Positions 49,495 through 63,254 are shown, numbered from the stretch's first letter. The stretch is 64,000 nucleotides of DNA from Setoptus koraiensis (GCA_048013815.1 CM106586.1:3472001-3536000); one strand, 5' to 3'. Program-made: numbers and translations. The notes: a model not told the origin generated them from the letters alone.

Positions 49495-51017
49495 TTTGGT
49501 CTTCCCGACTTATACCGAGCGTCTCCCTTTTGGTTGGTCTTCAAAAACTATTCTCCCTCAACACCACTCGCCACATATGTATCAATATATCGAGAGAAGT
49601 GCTCGATCTTTTATGCAGATATATCAATTCTCCTCTTGTAGATGAAGAGTTGCGAGTACTTCGACCAGAGAGATGCTGCAGACAAGTTTGTGGTGACAAT
49701 TGTTACGACCAGTGGCCATTTTTTTGGAGCGGATGGTTCGGAATTAATGCCGAGTTGGCCATGCTTGTGGTGGATGCAATAATATTCTGGTCATTATTGG
49801 TTCTAATAGAATGCAAATCGTTGCGTCATCAGATTTGGTCTTTCGTGATGAAATCTTTATCTTTCAAACGTTATTTCTTCTCAGCAAGTTTCCGCTGGAA
49901 GATACCTAGATTTGTAGACAATAAAGAGCTACATAAAGAGCAGAGAAGAATAGAGAAGGCCATCCAAGACGGTAAAGTCGATCAATATTCCATGGTTGTG
50001 AATAGTTTGACCAAAGTATATTCCAACGATTTCACAGCAGTCGATCAGTTATCTTTCATTGTTGACAAGCAAGAATTCTTTGGTCTGCTAGGTGTCAATG
50101 GTGCCGGAAAGTCTACTACGTTCAAGATGTTGACAGGTGAGTTACAGCCCACAAATGGAACAGCTTGGATAGGTGTGCACGATCTAGAGCACTCGAGAAA
50201 AAAATACTTGCAGCAAATTGGATATTGCCCACAAATGGATGCTCTGATAGATAACATGACCGGAAATGAAATGTTGACACTCTTTGCAAGGTTACGCGGA
50301 GTGCCTGAACATTTTGTTGATGATCTGGTTGAGGATACTATAGACAAACTGGGGCTTGTCCGAATGGCCACCATCAATTGTAACAATTACAGTGGTGGAA
50401 ATAAACGACGACTATCTGTTGGTATAGCCTTGATCGGGGCTCCCGACGTAATATTTTTGGATGAACCAACAAGTGGTGTGGATCCTCGATCTCGACGACG
50501 CTTATGGTCAACATTGATTGAATTTCAGCAATTAACCCAAAGTGCTATTGTGATGACTTCACATTCGATGAATGAATGTGAATCCCTTTGCGATCGTGTT
50601 GCCATAATGGTTGCCGGTCAATTTCAAGTATTGGGCTCTATACAATATTTACGCACGAAACTAAGTCAAGGATTCTCATTGATATTAAAGTTGAAATCCG
50701 AAACATTGAATCAGCATATTGATCAACTTGATACTATTACTAACAATATACACAAATACATGATGAATATTTTTGGTCCAGATAGAATAAACCTAAAAGA
50801 CGTTCATCAAACAATGATCAGCTACCACATATCACCCGATTCTGAATTGACGTGGTCAAAGATGCTTGTCTACCTAGAGAAAGCGAAACGTGATTTAGAT
50901 TTAGAGGACTATCAAATAACTAGCGATGCCAGCTTAGAATCAATATTCCTATCATTAGCCAAGAAGCAAAACCCTACAGACTTAGATAAGGGCAACAAGC
51001 AATCAATAGTAGCTTGA
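49495..51017 (+). CDS. ABCA transporter exon 5: last TM helix, NBD2, C-terminus
   Basis: Acceptor AACAG|TT. Contains GLLGVNGAGKSTTF, YSGGNKRRLSVG, VIFLDEPTSGVDP, TSHSMNECE and SLESIFLSLA. Stop TGA at 51015-51017. Confidence 0.95.
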
Positions 51018-54000
51018 GACAACGGCATATGCAATAACAATCATGATATCAGCATTGTGATAAATTAAAATGGATTTAGAATTGCTTTATACAGAATTAA
51101 ATGATTGTGAGAAATTAATCTCGCACACAGACACACATACTCGAACATGTTATAAAATGATAGGATATACCTTCCATGATATACATGATAGCCAAGTTAC
51201 TTGATCATGATGTTCCTCAAAGTATGTTCGCATGGTCAAGCCAAGAATATGAATATGTATAGTTATAATGCGAAAATAATAAAATGATCTCATTCATAAT
51301 AATGAAATGTATTCTACTGTATTATCCAGGATAAACACATTCTCCTGCATTACTTCATTGTATGTCTGTGTACTGTACCGATCTTTCTGATTGTAGTCGA
51401 CCGAGGTGGCTTGTCAGGTAGATAAAACATGGCCAGAAGTCTGTTTCCTTCCATTGTACAAGAATGAAGTATGACTCTTAGATAATGGTCAGTCAGTTTT
51501 AAGTAGAGAATAATAGTTTAGTACATGACTGTGTAAGCGAGCCCTTTTGCGAGTGAATGCATTTTGGGTTATGTAATCAAGATATAATATATTCAAAAAA
51601 GATATTTTTAGAGTGCGAGATCAATTAGCATAAATCACAAAGCATCGCAGAAGCTTGCACCTGCTTATTATCAGTGGCTGGCTAAGCAGCAAGGGTGGCC
51701 TAACAAACGAATGGACGAACAACAGAAAGAAGACAGACAGAGAGAAAGAGGCAAAGAAAGAAAAAAACGATTACCTATAAGAGGGTTATGTATTATAATT
51801 ATTCATTAGATTATTTGCAAAGCTCCAAAAAATGCTTACATAGGAGGTCGACGACGATATTTGATTCAATAGTTAAGTTATCTTGAGTGAATGATAATAG
51901 TAAACTCATGGTAAATTATGCATTGACACACAATTGCTAAAAATAGTCTATTGGCACCTGTCAGAGAGAAAAATCGAATATTTCAATGAGTGAGTGAGTT
52001 CTTCCAATGAAGAGGAATAGGGAAAGAGAGAGAGATAGAGAGAGAAAGAGAACACACACATACGCCGACTAACAATCAAAATGGGAAGGAAAGAAAAGAA
52101 CCGCAACCGGAATAAAATGATTTCTTCTCTCTAAGCCAGTGGTGAGTGGTTTTACTAGAGTATAGATGTATCGCGATAAGAGATAATTAAGTTGACTGGG
52201 TATTCGTCATAGTAAGCGCTTGTAAATATTCTCCAAGTCACACAACGTCTGGGCCTGGCCCGTTACGATTGAAGATGAGAGAGTTGAAGAAAGTTATTGT
52301 TTTGTTTTGTTTGTGTATGTGTCGTCCTACAAAAGTAATAGTGAAAAATTGTGGATATAGCAATCGATCCATCTGCTAGCCGTTATTTGTTGCGAGTGTG
52401 TGTATTATTGAGATTACAATTGCGCAACTTTTTATCTCTTTTTTGCCTCCTTTATTCACACTCCTTTCGCCGTTTGCTGCTAATCTGACCCATGTTATTG
52501 CCTAACAAATCAACAAGTGGTTTAACAAATGTCTTAGTCATCATCGTCGCTATTGCTGCAGTCGTTGTTTTGGTGGCCGTTGGAGCATTGCCGAGCCGCT
52601 CGAGACCAGCCACTAACCAAATCAAGAATGAGATCAAGCCGGTCGCTATCGGAGCTAATGAGGACACACAGCAGCAACAGCAACAACAACAGCAACAACA
52701 ACAGCAGCAGCAACAACAAAAACAACAGCTTTGAGAACAGCATCAGAGAGGACAGCAACAACAACAGCAACAACAACAACGCAGCAGCTTTACTAGCCGG
52801 TTAAGCAAAGCTACACACAGAGGGAGATTGTTCTGGGTCAGTTGTCAAGCTAGACTACACAGGCAACTTTAACTTGGGCATGCCATGCCAGCATTGTAGC
52901 CAGCCAGTTGCGGATAGGTGTGTGCTGTGCAAGTGAGCAAGCGAGCAAGTGAGAGCCAGGACAGGTGAGAGTGAGTTACAAGAGCAGTAACACATATGAC
53001 GTTGCAATGGCGGCAGTTGTAGCGTTAGAGTTGTTGCTCGATGTAGATGATGAAGCATTATCTCATGCATTGTACGGCCCTCGCTGGCAGCGGCATCAAA
53101 CGGCCAAGTCCAGCCCTCGCAACTACAAGTTACGTCAGGCTGCAGCAAGTGGCCATAGTGAGTCAGTTGTGGCTGTCGTAGTTGTTGTTGTTGTTGTTGT
53201 TGTTGTTGTTATCGTTGTTGCTTGTAGCCGCTGCTGTACTCAAAAATCATCATGAAACAACAAAACCCCTGCTGGCGGCAGCAGCAGTTACAAAGTTGGT
53301 GGACAAGTGTGAGTCGACTAGACACACACACACTCATACAGCAACGGTCGACATTTTAAACATGAAATTATTGCACATACTGTACTAACTCATTGTAGAC
53401 TGGCTAACTCATTCGGTAGGATCAATCTTGACGGCAGCGAACGAAAGATGATCAGTATATCAAGTTATTGGCGTTGAGAAACAGTCGCTTACGTCAGCAG
53501 CAGCAGTTATACTATTGCAGCGTGCGAGTGTTGCAGTTATTACTATTGTCATAATTCAATTATCATAATTCAATGATCATTATTATTAGTCGATTGTCGC
53601 CGCTACTCAATTAGCTCGCGAGCGCCAACAGCAACACTGCAGTCACTGTCACACCGACAGGTGTAATGTGATTGGTGAAAATAATAGTCAACAACAGCAC
53701 AGTTGCGAGCTAGTCGATTGGAAGCCGCCAGCGCAACAGTGACATGCCAGTGTGATATATGTCATCGTGCAATCGGCATAAGCAGCAGCAGCAGCAAGAC
53801 AGAAGCAAGTGGCAACAAATGACAACAAACGGCAAGCGCGTAATGATTGATTTGTGTGTGTGAGGCCAACATTTGACATTGCAGAGCGAGCCCCAGCAAC
53901 TGATTGTTGTCAGCATATTCCAAGACAGAGAGCAGCATAAAATTGCCTGACTAAGACACACAACGACAAGTGCAACACAAGTGTGAGCAGCACACCGGCA

Positions 54001-54024
54001 TAAGCAACAGCACAAGCATAAAGT

Positions 54025-54695
54025 ATGAGGAGCCAGCCAGCAGCAGCAGCAGCGGACGTCCAACCGGAAGTGGTGGCGGAGAGCGCCGCCAAGAGGACGA
54101 GCGGCCAGCAGCCTCTGTCGACGAGAATTGCTGCCGCCCAACTGCAGCACCATCACCAATTTCAGCAGCACAAGAAGCAGCAGCAGCAGCACAGTGGCAA
54201 GGCAGCGGAGCATCACGCGTACGCCGATCTGGATCAGGCCTCGAATAAGTCACAGCACTCGTGCACCAGCAAGACGTCGCTGCTGGACAGGCTGGCCAGC
54301 AACACAACGGCCCTGTTGTACAACAATCACTATACCAAGCATTCAGTGTTCACCAAAATGAGCGCGGCCGCCACCAAATCGGCCCCGGTTGTGGCGCCTG
54401 TGGCTGGCCAAGGCGGCTCGGGCGCCGGCCTGGGCAGTGCCGCGTGCGACCAGTGGTCGGCGGCGGAGGCCCCAAAGCAGCAGCAGCAGCAGCAGCAGTG
54501 GTCAGCGGGCGCCAACAGCGACACAACGAGCCAGCAGCAGCAGCAGAGGAGACTGACCACCGGCGGCAACAGCAGCGACAGCAACAACAACAACAGCAGC
54601 AGCAACAGCAGCAGCAAAAAGAAGAAGCAGCAGGCCAACGAGCAGCCCTTGTTTGGCCTCCACTCGGCCAAACTAATAGCGTACCGCTGTCACAG
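54025..54695 (+). CDS. Probable first coding exon of an unidentified protein with a Q/S/N/A-rich low-complexity N-terminus
   Basis: ATG with an in-frame TAA two codons upstream, 223 open codons with coding-like GC3-rich codon use, non-repetitive blocks (HAYADLDQASNKSQHSCTSKTSLLDRLASNTTALLYNNHYTKHSVF), and a consensus donor CACAG|GTGAGT at 54696. No downstream exon was recognised in the window. Confidence 0.6.
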
Positions 54696-57600
54696 GTGAG
54701 TAGCACGATGGCGCGTAGCACGTCAAACGGCAAATCTACTAAAAGATCTAAATCTAAAGCAAGTTGACTAACAAACAAAAATCGAAAAAAAAAAATGTTG
54801 TAAATCAAGCGCGCCGAGTTGTGACAGTTGTGAGCGGGCGTCAGTGCTGGCCCCGACAGTGACAGTCAGCTGTTCGCTTGGCACAGTCGCTCGGTGTGCG
54901 ATATGCAACGCAAGTGATGCGACGCGGCTCGCATAAATTAAACAGTGACAACAACAACAACAAATTAAACGGTGATAAATGTCATGTCGAATGGCAGGGC
55001 CTTGATACAGTCGGCGGGCATTGTTGTTGTCGTGAACAATGTTGCCATGTCGGCAACCGACCAAAACGACAATGAGCGGCGCAATAAATGAGCGGCGTAA
55101 TGAGTGAGCGGCGCAACAAGCGAGCGGCGTAATAAATGAGTGGCATAAAAAATGAGTGACAGGTTATAACACACAGTTGGCATTAGGGGCGCTGATTTAT
55201 CCATTTTGGCCATTTGTGCCGCGCCACCAACAACAACGCCAACAACAACGCCAACAACAACGCCAACAATGATAACAACAACAGCGATAACAACATGTGC
55301 TAATCATTTTTCACGCTACAATAAAATAACGGTAATAACAACGACGATAATGACCAACAGAATAATAATAACGGCAATAAAAGCGTTTTACGGCCATCTC
55401 TGGCACACCATAACACACACACACACACACTCGGTCTGGCGCACACTCGGTCTAGCGCTGGCGCGGTCTGGCGCTGGCGCGGTCCGACGCACAGAGACGG
55501 CTGACAGCCGTCGGCATCGGCACAGCCGGTCCGGTTACGTTCGGCTGGCTGGCCAACCTGACCGACGCAACCGACGCGACCGACGAAACCGACGAAACCG
55601 ACGCAACCGATGGGTCACACAACGGCGCCACTTGTTGCAGGCGCCACTTGTTGCGGGCGTCGCTTGTTGCGGGCGAGTCTGGACATCGGCCGGGCAACAG
55701 CGACAGCGGCACAATGGCGACGGTTGGCTGGAGTGTGCGAACAATAGTTCACTTCCTCCTCTGTGCACTTGTTGCCTGTTGGTTGTTGTTGTCTCTCGGT
55801 TGTTGCGCGCTGTTGTCTCTCGGTTGTTGTTGTGTGTTGCTGTCGTTGTTTCTGTTCTCATGTCCACCCTTGCACTGGCCGTGCCGTGTTGCATCGCCAT
55901 TGTCTCGCCATTGCCACACACAAACACACACACTGTCCAAGAGTGAACGGAGGCCGCTCAACAGTGACTGTGCCAGCGACTGTCGGAATAGTCGCTGTGA
56001 TGACCGACAGGCACTGTGTGTACAGTGAGTGTGTGTTGTCAGTACAACGGACAACTGACACTGTTCAACTGGCCGCAACAAGCACACGCAAACTTGCCCA
56101 GTACCTACATACATTATAAATCGGCCAACAATGACGCAACTCATGAATATTGCATGTATGTCGTCGCATGTGTGTGTTGCATGTATATTATGCATGTATA
56201 TTGGTATGTGTGTGTGTGTGTGTATTATGCAACAATGTCCGTTACTGGCCGTCGCTGGCCGGCCTATCGCTGGCATCTAACGGATTGGGCCTGTTTGTTG
56301 GCCTGTTTGTGTGGCGTTTGTCGCACTGCTCACACCGCTCACGTCACTCACGCCACTAACAACACTAACAGCACTAACAACACTAACAACACTCACAACA
56401 CTCACAGAGTGTGTGTGTGTCGTATGTTTGTGTCCAGCTAAGGGACGCACACACGCACACACATACGCATATTACGTAATGCATGCAACGACACGTACAA
56501 AAACAATGGCACTACCGGCTTGTGCATGCCAGAGCATTGTTACGGCTCGGCTCGCAGCATTTATGTCGCCGTGCACACAATTGGCACATGACTGGCTGGC
56601 TCACATTGCGAGCCGGCCGTCGAGCTCACCTGTCGGGCTGACCGCGACGGACACTGCGCAACTGACTCGGTTGCCCAACTGACACTCCGTTGTGACTCGC
56701 AACTTGTGACTCGCAACTTGTGAGTGCGCGACGGACGCGACACACTGCACTGACAACTCGCAATGTCGGCAATGTCGGCAATGTCACAGCGGCGACACAG
56801 TGAGTTGAGTGCGCGACACAAGCGCACCCAGCTGATTGTCATGTCATGCTAATCCGTCACTGACAAGCGCACTCTGTACTGCTCGGGCTAGTATGTCACC
56901 CCAAGCAGCTTTACCTTGTGACTCACAAGTGGCGAGTGTCAGCGCTGGTCAGCTGACCGGTGGACCATTGGAGTGGCGGCCAATCCAATGAGCGTCACCT
57001 GTCCACTGGGCCCAATGCAATGCAGTGTGTGCCTGTTATGCACGTTGACATATGACCCGCAACGTTTGTGCAATGACGCAACGACGCGCCGCTTGTTGGT
57101 GTGTGTGTGTGTGTGTGACACAACTTGGGGGGCTGACCGGCGTCAATTGCACCTGTTGCCGGCCCATCAGGCCAGCGGCTCGATGCGCGACGTCTTGAGA
57201 CGACGCAGCGAGCCACGACAACGAGCAGCGGTCAAGCGAGCGTCTAATGAATCGAGTTTAATCGGCCGACAAGCCGGAAGCCGCACTGACACAGCCGGCG
57301 AGAGTGCCCGATGAGCGCCGAACAATCGCTGTCCAAAGTTTGTCGCTGTCGCTGTTGTCAGTGTCGCTGTCGCTGTCGCTGTTGTGAGTGTCGCTGTTGT
57401 GAGTGTCGCTGTCGCTGGTCATGCCGTGGTCGCGTCGTGGTGGTGGCGCTGTTGCCGTCGACGAGCGCCGCCGCCGACCACAACATCAACCGCACCACAA
57501 CAACAACGTCGAGCCAGCAAAGCGATCAGACGACAACCGAACGACAAAGCGACTCGCTTTATCATTGCGCCCGCAACAATTACTAATTGCATGTGCGGCC

Positions 57601-58758
57601 AATTATGTGCGGCCGGCACCAGCGACGACAGCGAAAGCGGCAACAGCGACTGAATTATGTGCCTTGAATGTTGTTGTGTCGCACAGGCTGTGTGACGCAA
57701 CGACAGCGACACAGCGACAGCGACAGCGACAGTGCACAAGCGCTGGCAAAAGTGCGGCCCAAACGAAAGTAGCAATCACGACCGTCATGACGGCGCACGC
57801 TTCCGGCGTCTTTGTCTCGCGAGCGCATACAAAGCCCAAAGTGGTCGCATTGTTGTTGTCGTTGTTTCGAAGCGCCGATTTGCCCGTTCGCATTGCACGG
57901 CACATTGTGCCATGATACCCTAATACCCACTGCATGATACGCATTACGTAATGTTATATAATGTGTGTGTGTCGAGCGCACATTATATAACCGATTTGCA
58001 ACTGTCAGCGCTGACAATTGTGCGCACAGCCTCTTTGAGCCCTTTCGCTGGCGTCGCGCGAGCCACTTGTGCGCTTTTGATTTTGATTTTGATTTGATTT
58101 GAGCTCTAATCAAAATCAAATCAACTGTGCGCCACTCACACTGTGCAGTTGTCGCATGTTACTGTGCCAGTCGACTGTTGCGTGTGCGCTGCGCGCGCGA
58201 ACGCCCACGCGATCCTGTCAGGTGCAGGCGACGCTGTCCAGTGCCAACGTTGTCTGGTGAAAGCAACAGCGGCGCAACAGTGACCGCACAGCAACTTGTC
58301 AGCTTGGCCAGCTCGCGACCGACCGACCCCGAATGTCCTGTGTCGAGTGTCCGGCGCTCATTGGGCGGATCAGCTGGTCGGATCAGCTGTCGTCATCGAT
58401 GGCCGGCAATTGTCTCACAATTGTCAATTAATCAGCTCGCTGTCGGCCGCCTATCCAATGGATAGTATCCATGCAGCTTGCCATGACAATGTGACAGGCG
58501 CACACTGACAGGCGCACACTGACAGGCGCACACTGACAGGCGCGCCTGGCTGCAGTGCAATTGTGCGCTGCGTTGCGCCAAATTCAATTCAACAGCTGTC
58601 AGCGTGTCAGCTGTTGGTCGCAACTCGTTGTTGGTTGTCAACTGTCACGAGTCAAGTCAGTTGACTTGTCAACTGTTTGCTGTGCGTCATCGATGGCGGC
58701 CTGCCCAGATTGCGCAATTAGTGTCCGGCCGTGTTCACGCATGCGCCCACTGATTGGC

Positions 58759-58888
58759 CAGCGACACCAGCGTGAACAAACTGGACAGCGACACCAGCGC
58801 GAACACTGGACAGCGACACCAGCGCGAACACTGGACAGCGACACCAGCGCGAACACTGGACAGCGACACCAGCGCGAACTCTGGACAG
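58759..58888. repeat. 25-bp minisatellite CAGCGACACCAGCGCGAACACTGGA x5
   Basis: Five near-identical head-to-tail units with no spacers. Confidence 0.95.
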
Positions 58889-61800
58889 TGTAGTTAACTC
58901 TGTTGTAACAATCTAGTTAATGCCAGATTGTTGCAACAGTTACCAGTGTCTAGGTATAAGCAGAACGGCTAAAATAGCTAAATGGCTTAATAAAAACGTT
59001 GAGAGCAATTTCACTTTATGCAAGCGGTCAGCTGGCGGCGCCCAACGAAGCGCGCATATCAGCTGACCGATATGACTGGCACTGGTCATGTCGCCAGTTC
59101 CAGTGGGTGCTGTCGGCCGGACAGCAATCGTGACGTTATTATAACGGGCGCACTGGGCGATCGTGACTATTGATTAGCGATCTTATCTCGTCTAGCCATC
59201 CATCGTTGAGCCACTTGAGCGCCTCGAGCCGTTGCGGCGGTCGCTGCCAGCGAATACTGGAGGCCTGCAGTCACTGCGGCGCAATGTCTGGCCGAAATAA
59301 GCTGCGTCGGCATTGCAGCCATTGGACGATGTACGCTGTCGAGCATGCAACAGGCCGCAGCGACGGCCGCCAGCAACAAGCCGGTGGCAATTGCGTCATG
59401 CGAGTCGCATCATGCGACTCGCATCGGCCCAAATCGGCGCAGCCCAAATATCGGCCAGGGCATCGCACACCGAGCGCGACCGATATGCGAGTTGTGTCCG
59501 CATGACAAGTCGCCATCGATAACATTGGCTGTGGCCGTCAGCCGCGACTTGGCCGGCCCGCTCACGACGCCCGACACTGTCCAACAGCGGCCGTCCGACG
59601 GCGACCGCTCAAGAGCGACCCTTGCCGTGCATTTGACTATTTTTAACATGCTATTGCACTACATAATTGCCCCGAAACAAGCGGCATCGACCATTCGAAA
59701 GCGGCAAGTGGCTTCGCTCGCATCGTTCGCTCGCCATGAATCATGCTGGCATTAGCCGTGACACAGCTGTCGCACAAGTGTCTCCCTTACAAGATGTTGA
59801 CAAGATAGCCGGCATGTACTCGCAACCGCTCGCCGCTGCCCGCTCGTGTCCAGCCGCCACTGCGGCAGCTCCGCTGATCGGGCCGGTGGGGCACGTTATC
59901 GGGCCGATATTAGCAGCTCGCCAATGCTAGCTTGCGAATGGCCGGCCTGGCAAGCGAGCGGCGACATTGTGGCCAGTGTGTGGCCGCAACAGTGGCCATG
60001 TGTCAGCTCAACTTGACAACTGGCCAACGGATGATCGGGCCGGCTCATGTGGCATGTCGATGGCGCATGAGCCGTCATGAGATGCGCCCATTGACAGAGA
60101 TCTGACAGCTTGTGAGATTGGATGCCGATCAGCTGACACTGTGAGCTGGCCTGGACACTTTACGGTGCCACTCACAATTGTCAATTTGTTTGAACAGTCA
60201 ACAATCGATGCTGCCAATAACACTAATTGATTTGGTCCATTGATGCCCATGAGCGGCCCATCGAGTGGGCAGGCACGCCAAGCAGGCGGCTCACACAAAT
60301 TGTGTGACACAATGGCCAGCAGCCACAATGACGCAGCGTCGGGCCAACAAAAACTAACTTGTCAGCCTAACTAACAGTAGCTAGCTTGCCAGCGTCACAT
60401 AGCGACTGCACGCCAACTGGGCAGAATCAACAGGCAGACGGGCGCATATCACAGCTCGACAGGTGTAATGAGCGCTGGCAGTCAAGTGATGGGCATTAAC
60501 AACAATCGTGAGACTGCGCTGCAGTGGGCGACTATTTTTAGTCGCATCCAACAGCATCCAACAGCATCCAACAGCGTCTAACGGCGTCTAACGGCGTCGC
60601 CTTGCCAGTTGCTGAGTCGAGCCGCTTGTTGTGCCCCCATTCAAATTGAATCGCTCGCTCGGCTTTGTTGGCCGCTTTCGCTTGCTGCTCGGCGGGCCGG
60701 CGAAAGTTGACAAACAGTCGCCAGTTGCGCAACGGCCAACAACCCATTTGACAGCAGCACACACACACACACACACACACACAACAATGGCCAACAATGG
60801 ACAGCTCAGCGGCCGACAGACGAGAGCCCGCGACAGCGAGAGACTTTTTGCGAGAGCCTCGCTCACAGCCTGTGAGTCGCAAGTTGTGAGTCGCAAGTTG
60901 TGAGTGAGCAACCAGCAACCAGCAACCAGGCCGACAGTGGCCAGTCAGCTGTTCGCGGCCTGTGACCGTTGCAGCCGTCAGCTGTGTGTCAGTTGTGTGT
61001 CAGTTGTGTGTCAGTTGTGCGTCAGCTGTGCGTCAGTTGTGTCATGCAATAATCAGCAGACGTAATCTAATTAATCACCGCCAACAACAGAGTGCATTGT
61101 AATGCAGCTCTAATTGTGCTAATTGTTGTTGCCAGTCGCTTACTCACGCCGCCGTTAGCGATCAAATGTTCGATTGTTGCGACTGGCAACATTGTGAGCC
61201 AACATTGTGAGCCAACATTGCGAGCCAACATTGTGAGCCAACATTGTGAGCCAAGTGTCTTGTTTAACTCTCTTACAGCTGCTTGTGACTCTCACTTGTC
61301 AGTTTATAACTGTGGCTGTCACATGCACTTTGCAGCAGCTTGCTGTCGCCCGCTGCACTGTTCAACAGTGACCGTTGCCGGCTGACCACAAATGACCGAG
61401 CCGCGAGTCTCGCGATTCGAGACGCGAAAAGCGAAAAGCAGCCCATCTATCAGTTTGCAACTTGCAACGCTCGCCGGCCTACAACACTCATTATGTAATA
61501 ATAGCCATCATGTTACGTCGTTTACATTTGCCGCATTGCGACACATTCCCAATTTGTGTCAGCATAAGCGGCGGCGGACGTAACATAAGCATGACATAAC
61601 ATGTTGTGACATGTTATGGTGTTATGCATGCAGCCGAGAGTTATATCCGTCAAAGTGCGATGATCGCATTGTGAATCCCGATTTGCGATGACACACGCAA
61701 ACTGGCATGCGTAGCTTGCCACCGGGCAACAGCCGAGCACTGGCCACTTGACACGAACTCGACACAAACTCGACACGAACTCGACACAAACTCGACAAGA

Positions 61801-63254
61801 GCAGCGTTATGCCGCATAGGCAATAGATAGCGCCGGTGATACTGGGCTGCATGTTGCTACGCCGAGAGATGTTCCAAAAGAGTTGCAAGTGTAGCCAGTT
61901 TGGCCGCACTTGCATGCCCATGTGCACAGGCTACTGCACACGTTGTGTCATTTCATGTTACGTCATGTGCTTTGTGCATTGTTTATGGCATTATGACAGT
62001 TGTTGCAACATTGTGACAGTTGTTGCAACACTGTCACAGTTGTCAGCTGATTATGTTGGGTGGCGCACACACAACATGACGATTGCGACACAGTGATGGC
62101 AGTAATCGGGACCAATGAGCCTGGCCACTGTTTGTCCATCGGTCTTGCCATATGCCGGCACTAACAAACAGTGCACAGTTGGCATAAACTGCAACAATCA
62201 ACAGCCGACTGGCATTAGTCGCTGTCGCTGTCTCTGTGTGTAACAATAATGCAAGCATCCGTTTCCGGTGTGCGCCACAACACACCCAAAGAGCACCTGT
62301 TGCTTGTTGCATAAAGTTGGCCGCTGCAAGTTGTGCAGCTTGGTCCGTTCTCACTTGTGAGTCTGGCTGGTCGCATGGCCATAATTAGCCGGCCGCTCAT
62401 CACTCTGTAATACAGAGTCTGTATTACGGAGTCTGTGTTACGGAGTCTGTGTTACGGAGTCTGTATTGCAGATTCTGTAACTTTCTCTGTCTGTACCGTG
62501 GTAACTTGCACTGTCGTTGTTGCTACTGTCGCTGTTGTCGTTGTTGTTGTCGCTGTTGTTGCTGTTAACTGTTGGCAAGCAACGCAAGCAACAGCAACCG
62601 CCCATGGCCCACACTGATGACAGGTGCATTTCGCAACACTTTTGTTGTGTCTGTCTCTGTCTTATTCTCTGTCTTGCTCTCTGTCTTGCTCTCTGTCTTG
62701 TTCTCTGTCTTGTTCTCTGTCGGCCTTTGTCTAGCCATACATGCCAAGCTGCATGTATCAAGCTAGATGCGCCCAGCCACACCAGACACAGAGCTGGCAA
62801 GCTAGTTGGGCTGTGGGATATCTCATAAGTTGTGAGTGGCAACATGATGAGATGGCTCGTAGGATGGCTCGTAAAATGGCTCGTAAGATGGCGAAATGGT
62901 GCGATTACGCAACAGCTGCACAGTTGGCACAACAGCCATGCCAGCAACAGTTGCCGGCTACTGCTGCTGCTGTTATATAATGTTATATAATGTTATATAA
63001 TACATGATGCAATGCAATATATAATACAAATTGTATGATGCAACAAGTCGTTTCGTCGCTCTCTTGTCGTCGTTATAATACCGGCACATATAATACATGT
63101 AATACATGTAATACATGTATGTAGTGTGATGGCGACCAAGAGCGGATTGTGCCGCCATTTGCCAGAATTGTGCCCAGTCACTACGGCAGCCAGTGAGAGA
63201 GACTCTCTCTCTCTCTCTCTGAGAGAGCGGCCATGCAAAAAAGCCAACAACCAA

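Noticed and set aside
45222-50386. Minus-strand ORFs inside ABCA (45222, 47516, 48122, 50045) and inside Rabex-5 (29060, 29556)
   Set aside because: Antisense shadows of real coding exons.
52880-52936. CQHCSQPVADRCVLCK, resembling the start of a LIM domain
   Set aside because: It stops immediately and lacks the W-H and later Cys ligands. Probably chance.
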